From Ramazzottius varieornatus (Eukaryota; Animalia; Tardigrada), in NCBI GenBank assembly GCA_001949185.1, contig BDGG01000002.1, forward strand, positions 6,438,448 through 6,502,447: a DNA stretch of 64,000 nt. The letters are read 5' to 3'. Each line of letters starts with the position of its first letter. The first letter of the stretch is position 1. Below the pieces are notes generated by a model. It worked only from the letters and a program-made list of their open reading frames with translations. It was not told where the DNA came from and ran no database searches. The position numbers were made by a program, and so were the translations under genes. Of this stretch, positions 39,701 to 50,255 are shown one piece after another.

Positions 39701-40189
39701 GTCTATAACCGACAACAGATAAGCGCCAGATAAACATAGTTAAGCAGAAGAAGTACATAAACAAAACACACTTGCGTACAGATCATTCAAGTAACTAGTC
39801 CGAACGGAAAAAATAATTTCTGTTCAATTTTTGTTTCATTTTTTGCATTAAATTAGTGCAAATCATAATTCCTAGCATAATGTCTACGTCGGCTAACCTT
39901 CGGCATCGTGGCCTATCTCGCTTTCGTCGTCGGAAGAATCGTCTCCGTCTTGATCCCCTTCAACCTGCGCAACAAGCTGTGGTAATGTAGTTGTAGTGTC
40001 TGGATGGCCTGCCGCGGTCTTTGCCTCATTACTGACTGCGGGGCATTGTTTTAACAAATGGTCCACCAGACGATCTTCCTTGGCCGATTTGTACAATTTC
40101 CCACAAAACCTGCACTTCACTTCCTCGTTCCCCCCTCGAAACATTTAACGATTCAAAATAGTTTCATGCTGGACCTTTGACATTGGCCA
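36761..40189 (-). pseudogene. Spliced Sola-type DDD transposase with N-terminal BED finger, frameshifted
   Basis: SFDFAQ, ADNCTGQNKN and GHMKFSPDAFFG motifs, plus TDMCNVC and HLEHA. TGA at 40164-66, extra G in 40130-35, frameshifts near 38157 and 38100. Confidence 0.85.
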
Positions 40190-40750
40190 CTATTGCGCGG
40201 AACAAAGGTTACAGTTCATGGTTCGCACCAAGCGCTATCAAGACAAATCGAAATCTGAAATCGATTCGCCTTATTGGAATGTTCAAGTCTTCGGAAAGCT
40301 GGACACTGTCCGCGAATTCTCATCATAAATTCCTCTGCTACACAAACACTGACAACCTGCCTATAAAACAATAGTGCTTACGACCATCACTACAGCTGTA
40401 TTTGTCCTCAGGACTGTTAATGCAGCGCAAGCCGACACTCCGGTCAGGCCTAGATAAATCATGATCAGCATTATCACGTAACATTCTTTGATACGCATGT
40501 CCACTGGAAGACAATGCCACTTGTTCGCTTGGTTCTGTGTCCACTGCTGCGTGGACATTTCGTATTGCGTTTCCCTGTTATCTGGCAGTAAGACAAGATA
40601 AAGTGCACCTATACAGGCTCAGCCCACCACTGGTCACTTGTGCATAGCCTCCTTCACCTTGAGCTTTATTTCGAGCCCAGATCACTTTTGCCCAGATCAC
40701 TTTTGCATCATCCCATTTTATCCTCCTTTTCCGCAACAAAGACCTTCAAA

Positions 40751-41424
40751 ATGGTTTTTATCCCGCTGTTCATCCTTTTGCTCGCCTTTGGGTCATTCTC
40801 CACGAATGCGCTCATGATGGACAAATTGTTGATTGCGGCCAAAGGGCTGGCACCAGCCATGGTCACGGAAATAGCTCCATTCGGCAAGTAAGTCTTTCAA
40901 GTAAGTTTACCTCTAATAAATTTTCTCGATTTAGTGTTCCTAAATATTTTCCTCCTTTCAACTACGTCTTTAAAGTGTTCAGATTAGTGCACTGACGAAA
41001 TACTACCATTTTACCGATTTATGCTGACCATGTTTCCCACGATATACGCCCATCTTAATTATTTTTGTCTAAACGCCCACACTTTTTGCAGCTCTTCCAG
41101 CAATACTACCGCGACCATAACATGGGCGAAGACCTCCTGTCCCAGCGTTTCGTTAATGTCACAATGGAGCTCTACGAGGATCTTCAGAACAAATGCCACA
41201 TGGAAAAGGTTCCCCTGAACAAGGCCATCGAAGACCTGGACGACGATATCCGAATGCTGTACATCGCGCTGGGCGGAATGATGGTTGGCCTCATCATCGC
41301 CACCTCCTTCTTCCTCTTCGCCACCCGCCGTCTGCACCGAAAAGTTGCACGAGAGCGCAAGGCCTACCACGATCTCCTGGCCACCATCAAAACAAACCGA
41401 AAGTTCGATGATGACGCTGTCTAA
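40751..41424 (+). CDS. Transposon cargo: small type-I membrane protein (~170 aa), unknown family
   Basis: Signal peptide MVFIPLFILLLAFGSFSTNA, helical ectodomain, TM LYIALGGMMVGLIIATSFFLFA, basic stop-transfer RRLHRK. Exons 40751-40887, 40935-40974 (weak donor) and 41092-41424 keep frame. Confidence 0.65.
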
Positions 41425-42332
41425 TCTCTTTTTCTATAGATAACAGCCGGACGCTTTGTTTACTTCCTTCTTAACCATCACCATCAGTTCCTTTCTTTAG
41501 CATTTTTTATTCTCGGGATCTACTCCACCATTTCTCGATAAGCTTTCCATCATCTGCGCATTTCTTCGCGGTCGAATATTTTCTGTTTGTCAATTTAAGC
41601 TTGCGTTGTTACTGGTACTAGTCACCCTCCAGTAAAATATTCGTAACTTATTGACCAGTGGTCGAAAGTCGATTCGGACTCCAGATTCGTGTTCCTTAGA
41701 CTCTTTTTGATGTTGGTACAAGTTCCGTCTAAGTTTGCCCTTGGGGTCCGAAAACTTTAAACTGCGCTCCTGAAAAATTTGGTCAGACATGCTTTGGACA
41801 CATTCTCGTATGGAGATACCCATATATGTTATATGTATTGTCATGTCTAGTTTATATATATACAAGAAGAAACCTTTGTTGAAAAGGAACCACCACCGTG
41901 TAGGTGGCAGCCTTTCGACTCGGTAGCAAGAAAATTCAGGACTTCATGAGCATTGTGTACATGGAATAGTGTGCATATATACGTATAGTGTAGGAGATAC
42001 AGTACGCATCCCTTCCGACGGCCACGTGACGTTTGCTGCCGTTCTGATGGGGAACCATTACTACAGGCGCCGTATTGATGCCACTACTAGCCATGTCAAC
42101 CTCAGTTCGCCCCACGAGAAGTTCAAGGTGCTTTACGCAGTCACACCAGGATTACCGAACAGAAGAACCCATCGGAACACACAGAAGTAAAACTTAGATA
42201 GATTACGGCGAACAACCGAAAATGTGAAGTTAAAGACCAGTTTTGATCCGCCGCCTAAAAACTAAAAACCAACGCGAACTTATCCCTTTTTCAACGCTCG
42301 AAAAAACCTACGTTCGGTGAGTAACTCAGAAA

Positions 42333-45300
42333 TCAAAACACTCGGGACAGAGGGTGCTCCACTCCATAGGATTGTTGTGTCACCATATGGTTCGCAACCG
42401 TTTGCATGAGGCCGTCTCTTGCGAATGCAGCTGCAAAACAAAACTCACATAAAGCCAACGCAACATAGGGTACACATACGGCTTCCTGAACACCGAACAT
42501 CAGTTTCAAAACAGTTTTGCAAGATCGTTTATAGTCGTACTTGTCGAGATCTCTTTGTGAATAGCATCAATCCTTTGCGTCGCATGGTTCGCGAAAAGGA
42601 TGGCGAGGTTCATCTGGAACATACCCAGGGTAGAGAAGGAGGACATAAGGTCTAGACAGGACAGCCACAAGTAGCTACCTCTTGCTGATTGTGCTTGATT
42701 CCGTTACAGTACGATCTCGAAGCGCGACCCAGCGCGGCGAACGAACCGTAAATAAGGACGGCCATCTCGGATATCCTTCTCAGGTCCATCTGTCGATGGA
42801 TCATGTTCTGGAGGAATACATAAACGAAGTTACCAGCGTTACGTACAAACAGCGAACGGAAAAACCAACCAACCTTGTTATATTCGACGAGTAGTCCTTC
42901 GACGCAGTCAAAAAACAAATGACAGGCTAGTTCGACGTCCTGTCCAACCACCTATTCACGAAACAAGGGGAATTTTACCATAAACCGCGTTACGAATGAT
43001 ATCAATACAAGTCTACAACACGCAGGTCGCACGGACCTGGAAGTTTGGGTGAAGGTAATCCTCCAAGAAGACCTTCCTCTTTTTCTTTGAACCCGGCACA
43101 AGGTTTACCATGAAGTTCCTCACCATCTGGTTGGGATAGTTGAAAGGGTTATTCCGCTCGCTAAAATAAAGGTAAGCTAATAAAAAAAATCTCCGTCAAA
43201 GTGCAATCACTCAAGCCCTACTGGATGTTTTTGGCGTAAGCAGCTCCTGCGTACTGCAGACCGGATAGTGAAACGTATAAACGAGCAATATCAGTTCCTC
43301 CCTGCAAAACCAGAATCATAACGTAGGGAACTAACAGAAAATTAAGGCAGGAAGTAAGAAGAACATCGTAATGTACAACTTGTTAGACAAGCAACTTACG
43401 TCGAGGCTGCTGAGCGTAAGAAGATCTCGCGAGGCTTGCTCGAACACAGTGTTTTGCGCCAGACCAGCAGCTCCGAAAACTTCCATGCAGCTCTTCACGC
43501 AGTATGGTCCTACCTCACCCAGGAATGCCTAGAGAGATAATTCCTGATCCTGCGCAGTTTTATGAACTTTTATGTCACCAAGAACCTTACCCTGACTGCT
43601 GCGGATTCCAGATCGAATTCAGGAGTTTCGGTGGTGTCAATCAACAAGGAAGTTAAGTACATCATGCTTTCTAGTCCATACGTTAGGTACGCCACTTCGG
43701 CTAACTTTTCCTGCAGCACAGAAGGTATAATGATGCACTAAATACACACTGTCGGAACTGCAGAATATACTGTTTGGCACCACGAATCGTACATACCTTG
43801 ATCATCTGAAACTCTTTAAGCTCTCGATTAAATAACTTCCGTTCGCACGCGTGCCGTACAGTTTCCGCTGAAAAGACGACAAATGATCTTCCAAACATAA
43901 GAACGATGATTCACTACGGCTAAAGTAGGTACCCATGAGCTTCTTGAGTAGAGGAACCGCAGCGGCTGCAAGAACATGTCTCTCGGCGGCAACTGACTTC
44001 ATAGCTATCTACAAGAAAGAGTAGCCGGGATCGTGTATCCGTAATGTGAGAATGCCGATGCGAGCAGGAGACTTACATCGAAGCCTTGACCAACGCTTCC
44101 CAGTAGACAATCGAGCGATACGGCGGTTTCTTCAAAGATCACCTCTGAGACTCTGAGTCCCTTGAGCCCGACAAACGGAACAACATCCCCAACCATCACA
44201 CCCGGTGCTTTCTTCGACACGATGAAAGCAGACATACTGCCCTCTTGTTGCTTTGCCTGTGAAGAAGACGCACAGAACTGTCCAAGTACGAGAAAAATGA
44301 CCAATGACAGTATGGACTCACCGCTGCTTTGTAGTATTCGGCAGACGTGTCTCTGCTGAGCCCCGTAATCTGGCCCATACCCTCGTGCTTCGCGATAACG
44401 ATGAAATAGTTGGCTTTCTCTGCATTGATCACCCAAGACTTCTTCCCATTCAAGATGTACCCTCTGTTGTCAGGACCCATACGGACCGATGTCTCCATCG
44501 ACGCAACGTTGCAGCCACTACGAGCAGTCATACCATTACATTGGATACTCCTAGCTTAACAGATTGAAAAGAGAAGAGTACTTTTACCTTCTGGCTTCCG
44601 AGACGCAGAAAGAGAACGCGGCTTTTCCATCAGCAATCTGCGGCAGGTAGAAGGCTTTCTGCTCCTCCGTGCCGAACTGAGATATCGGCTATAACCGTTC
44701 GCTGCATGGTTAGTGGAACTAAGTGAATAGTAAGAAGGTCCGAGCATAACACACCCGAGTGCACCAGCTTCCCATAGTGTAGGCCAAGGTACCAAGAGAA
44801 ACGTTTCCGTTCAGGCTGAGGGACTCTATAAGGCTTGTCCATCCTACTAGGTCCATGTCGTTACCGTCTGCAAGAAATCCTCAGTTTAATCAACCACATG
44901 TTAGGGATTACATGCAGGGAACGATGCGTACACTCTGCATACAGTGCGTTCGAGGTATCAGATGGACAAATGCTCCGGAGTTCCCGAGCTCGGCGACAAC
45001 TTCGTCGGGAATCTCCGAATTCTTGTCAACATCTTTTGCGTCCACTGAAACAAGCAGAGAGCATGGTCAAACGTTGAGCAGGGAAGGAGTACATACTGAA
45101 TGCGAAATACAATAAGTTGCAAACAGCGATTATGGAAACTACCATCTTTGAGAACTTTCGCTGCGAGCGGCTCAACTTGGCGCATGATCTCGTCAAATGC
45201 ACTCTTCGGTACCTCCGGAAACTCCAGTATTTGCTAAAACATATGCATTGATCGCGCGACATTCTCATTGACAGACAGGACATGTCGATTAATCTCCAAA

Positions 45301-45556
45301 AGCAGCTCACCGGATCAATCTTCTTAATAAACAAGTTCTTCAAGAAGGGCTGGCGATCTATCTTCGGCTTCTCGAGTAGTTGCCGTGTCTTCTCTTTAAT
45401 GATTTCGAACTCATCGTTCTTGTGTGCCTCCGACCTTATCCCCACCGCTGCATTGGACTGGAACCTCTTCGGTTGGGCCGACGGTTTCCGCACTTGATGG
45501 CGCAGTATAGCGGCTTGTCCACAACGCAATGGTATGCTCCGTAATAGCATCTTCAT
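42333..45556 (-). CDS. ACAD9: Complex I assembly factor ACAD9 (VLCAD/ACAD9 family)
   Basis: Mitochondrial presequence, PFLKNLF, YILNGKKSWVINA, RRISEMAV.IYG.FAALGRASRSYCNG, C-terminal EHPLSRVF. Many short introns. Confidence 0.88.
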
Positions 45557-45699
45557 TCTTGCTGTAAAAGATTATAGCAGATCCGCGGCAGCAGCTCCGA
45601 TCCGCGCTCGGCATATATTTATACCCTCGAGCAGGAGCGTACAGAAGTGAGATCCAGACACGAAGACAGGAAGCTTGAGGAAATCAGAAAGTTACTGTA

Positions 45700-45853
45700 C
45701 GGTAGTCCTACCAAATTATCGCGCACTTAACCACGTGAACAGTAAATGATGCCCGGGTAAGAGCCAGCGGGCCTGAACTGATAACATCTGATCACACCGG
45801 ACAGCGATGACTCATCACGTGGTTGAGTGCGCGACAATTTGGTAGCACTACAG
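45700..45853. mobile_element. 154-bp Tc1/mariner-type MITE in the ACAD9/WBP2 divergent promoter
   Basis: ~39-bp TIRs C(G/T)GTAGT(C/G)CTACCAAATT(A/G)TCGCGCACT(T/C)AACCACGTGA, TA on both sides. Confidence 0.85.
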
Positions 45854-46213
45854 TACGTTACTGTAACTTTCAAAGTGATTCAGAGTTTAAGGCGTGCCTC
45901 GGTGATGACGACACTAAGATGCAGTTGATTTTTTGATTAAGTTCGATCAATCTGCTACTCAGAGCGCAATCACTCAATCAAGCTACCAGTACAGGGGAAT
46001 CATTTTTGTCGATGGAGTTCAATGGAAGACGACGATGAAACGTAAACAGATTACAGATCGTCCCAGATGGGAGTTTTCTCGAAGTTATCCTCATTCTCGT
46101 TCTGATCGAGTAGAATCAGTAGATCTTCCTTGACATATTTCTTTCTTTTCACAGACACGTTCGGATCGTAACCTGCTGTTGTCAAAGGTATCCCGTTATC
46201 ACAAGCCACAGAC

Positions 46214-47755
46214 ATGGCTCTGAATCAAGCGCATTGGAACGGGGGAGTACTGATTCACTCTGGAGAATGGTAAGACAGTTCACGAAGTTCACGATGTTTC
46301 CGTGTTGTCATTGTTTTAATCGTTCTTGAACCTCTTCAGGATCATCCTGTACTGCGATGGAGTGGAAATGTCACTTGACGGAAGCGAAGTCGCGTTCAAG
46401 GGAAAGAAGAAGGGAAGAATCTACCTAACTAGTCACCGAGTAGGTGTCTATCCGAGTCTAATTATGTTGAGTGGATACAATCATGCACGCAGAACCGTAA
46501 AAGTGTTTCACCGCCATGGTATGTTGTGTTTGACTGTTCTTGGTCTTGTTCATAGGTTATCTTCATCAACAAGGATACCAAAGACGCGCTGCAGAGCTTT
46601 GGGATGCCGTTCACTAACTTGGGCTCCGTGGATATCGATCAGCCTATGTTCGGTGCCAACGCTATCAAGGGAAACGTGAAGTCTCTACCTGGCGGAAACT
46701 GGAATGGTACCGCAACATTCAGATTCTCTTTCAGCTCAGGTGGGGCCATCGAGTTCGGACAAGCTATGCTTCAAGCAGCCAAAATGGGTAAGAGTCCCTT
46801 GAACCTTCTGGTAAAGGTTCCTGACGGGTGACTTCCGGTCGTGAACAAACTGTTGATAAGATTAAGACTGACTCATTCATGTGAATCACTGCGATGCTTG
46901 TAGCTTCTCGGAATCCGCCCCCTCCGTATCAACCTCCCCAACAGAACACAAACATCTACCAAGCTCCTCCGCCTTCCTACATGGCAGCTCAGAGCAACCT
47001 TGGAGCATTCCAAGCGTCCCGGGACAAGTTTCCGTCTGCCCCACCCCGTAAGTCTTCGGGAGTTATTCTTGTAGATTAGCAGATTCACGACCAGTTTCCG
47101 TATGCTAATTTTACTCTATTATTTTTAGCTCAGGACGTGTGGATTACCGAACAACCACCGCCATATGCTAGCATCTATCCACAGGTATGGTATCACTTTT
47201 AGCAGTGTTTTTTTGTGCAAATTCCTTTTTCCGAATTTTATTATCGGCTTTTCGACTGCGCTCAAGCCGTTGTAGAGTTGTCTTCCTGAATTATCTCAAA
47301 CATTTCGCAGCGGTCGTTTCAAATCAAGATGGTCTTTCGTCTTACAGATGTCTCAAGCAGCTCCTGCGGCTGGAGGATACTACGGTATGTGAGTCACTGT
47401 AGACGTGGTCATTTTGTTGCCCGATTCAGTTTGTAACTTGAGTTTTTTTGCAGCGGCTCCTCCCCAACAACCTGGCTACCCACCTGCAGGTTATGCTGGA
47501 TACAGTCAGCAAGGTTACCCACCAACAGTTGGCTATCCTGCTGGATCGACCCCAGCCGGCGCTGTTTATCCACCTACAACGGGATACCCGACTGGCCCTG
47601 GCTACCCTGCGGGAGCTTACCCGCAGGCAAACTACGGAAACGGAGCACCTGCCGGTTATGCAGTAAGCATTCTTCATAGTTCGTTACTTTACCCGAAGTA
47701 ATCAGGACATGTTGTCTTACAGGGAGCTCCTCCGGCTTATCCCGGCAAACAGTAA
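46214..47755 (+). CDS. WBP2: WW domain-binding protein 2
   Basis: MALNQAH..GGVLI, GRAM-like KGRIYLTSHR, QPMFGANAIKG, FSSGGAIEFGQAM, multiple PPxY motifs. Confidence 0.92.
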
Positions 47756-48161
47756 GCTCGAGCAGGAAAGAGCCGCAAGTTGGAGCGTTATGACATCACT
47801 AACGCCGGTTTGCTACTTATCGTTCGAACAGCTTACGTAAAACATCTATAAGTTACAGCTAATACCTTAGATGTACTGTGCATTGTAATCTTTTGTGATC
47901 ACAAAAATAGTCTATTTGCGTCGTCTCAGTTTATTCCAGTTGTCAAGATAGCTCATTCCACCTTCGACTCCACTGCACTTTCAAACTGCGTAATATTGTT
48001 TTAAACATAGCACATTTTGATTTTGTTTTATATCAGTTTATTTAGGTCGGCTGATTATAATTATGCACAATATTCAATGGTAGGTTACTAAAATTTGCAA
48101 ATGTTGGGGAACCGAAAGACACATTCATGTACAGAGATTCATAGGGAAAAAACCCGAGTAT

Positions 48162-50255
48162 TTAAACATGAGATGACGGATAAGATGGACGCTGATATCG
48201 CATGACGCTTTCCGGTGCATGGATTATGGTAAACTCGCTCGACTTTGACGAGCTGGATTCAACGTGGCATTTGCCGCAAAGAAGGTATCTCCAGGACTCT
48301 ACCGTTTTGTGTCCAATAAGCCACACAGCTGACACGATCCCCACTAACAACAAACACAAGTATTTGACTACAACAACAGCAAAGTAAGTGTCAGTTTCTT
48401 GTCTGGAATCTCTGCATGTTGATGTCTGCCATCGTTCCCATTCTTCTCTTGTGTAGAATTCGTAAAGATGGCAAGCGACGACTGCGGCGTTGGGCAGGAA
48501 AGTCAAGAGGGAGTAGACACCGATCCTCTTCATCAGACGCTTCATTCGGTGGGCCTTGGTCGAAGCGGGTTCCATCCGGATGTTCTTGTGGATCTTCTTC
48601 ATGGAAACGAAACCGATGAGAAGGAGAAAGACACCGAGACCCAGGTAGATGCACAGAGGAACAACGACAAAGCCCATCAGGTTGGAGGTGTTGTGGTTGC
48701 CGATGTAGCAGACACCGGCAAGAGAATCGCCGTCCACTGCTCGCGTCCACAGGGCGACCGAGCTTTGGATGAAAGGAAGAACCCAAGCGAAGAAATGATA
48801 CTTGGTGGAGTGTTCGGAGATAGCTTCTGCGGACCAACGGCGACCGGCTGTCAGATACCAACTGAGGGACAAAATCACCCACCTACGAAAATGATCGATT
48901 TAATGTTTGATATTATTCGTCTCCTTTTTCCGAACGACTTCAGTTGGAATATGGGACGTCGGCAAACGAAGTGAACATGATCGTTTTCGCAAGTGGCGCA
49001 CACTTTCTGCCAATAGCAATGTGAACGTATGCCACTTCCGATACCGATTATGTTCGGTCTTCTTTCCAACATCTCATATACTCTTACGAAGAATTTTTGA
49101 GAACCAGATATTTTTAATGGTTTTTTTGTATTCAGGACGATGGGTGAACATCTTGATGATTCTTGGTTCTACTCACCAAACACAACTGGCCATTCCGAAG
49201 AAGTACAGAAGGAGGAAGACGATGGTGCACAGGCTGGAGCCCACGGTGAACTGATGGGCTGCCGGTCCATCGCAAGCCACGTTGTCATGTCCAGCGATGA
49301 CGCGGATCAGGAAGCCAACGGAAACCATTAAGTAGCACAGGGCGATGAAGATGATGGGTCTTTCCGGGTATTTGAAGCGGGACGTATCGATTATGTAGGT
49401 AGTTAGAGTGAAGGCGGTGCACAGGCAGCAAATGATGGCCCATCCGATGATCCAGTATTCGGCCATTAGCATTTCCTGTGGTCCAGCCATGGGGTTACGA
49501 CAGGCAGCAGCACAACCCTCGACTCCACCATAGTGGTACTGCAGAGGGTACTTAGCCAGCACGGGGTTCGGGCAGGAATGGGAACAGCGGGAGCTGGGCG
49601 TGGCAGGCGTGGGAGGTAGGTGCCCTGATGGCTTCCGTTTGGACAATGGTGTTGTTGGTTGATAAGGTTCCTCTTCAGGTATCGTTGGTGGAGGTGGATG
49701 CTCGTATGTGCCGTTCTTCGGATCCATGCAGAGGTTGTTCTCGTCGCCGAAAACGGGAAGGTCCTCACACGCCATTCGCTCGGGCCAAGGAAAACCGTAA
49801 GTGGCCATCATTGGCGCACATCCTGAAAACGAAAAACAGTATTCATCCTAAGAAGTGTTTACAATATCTGGGAATAAAAAACACGTTCGGTACTGTCTTT
49901 CAAATGTAGGTTATGAAAGGGGAAATTTACCTGCTTTGGCGCGGAGACACAAAGAGCGGCACGGAGGCAGCCGCTGGTCATAACCGTTAATGCACACCGG
50001 TGTGTACAGCGAGCACAGAAAGACTGTCAAATCAGCGCTGCAGTTTGTTTTGACCAGCGGCCAGAACTGATGAGCTTCCAGACCAGCTTCGTCCTGTGTT
50101 TCATGGTTGAAGACATTAGGCATCATCGTGATGTTCCATCCAATGTTCCTGCACATGGGGACCGTGACCTGCTCACATCGTGATGCTTCTTCGGTCAGCA
50201 CATGTCCCATACAGGCGAAGATCCACATAGAGAGGTAAAGTGAATGACGGGTCAT
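48162..50255 (-). CDS. fz2: Frizzled-5/8-class (Drosophila Fz2-like) Wnt receptor
   Basis: CRD with NHETQDEAGLEAHQFWPLV, RFKYPERPIIF, VDGDSLAGVCYIG, KTVESW, C-terminal SHV PDZ ligand. Introns at about 49822-49930 and 48883-49175. Confidence 0.93.

Larger units (their letters stand above)
36227..41821. mobile_element. Sola-superfamily DNA transposon (5.6 kb) with cargo gene
   Basis: 30-bp TIRs GGGTATCTCCATGCGAGAATGCGTCCAAAG (36227-56) and 41792-41821 (28/30 match). ATAT on both sides. Internal DDD transposase. Confidence 0.88.
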
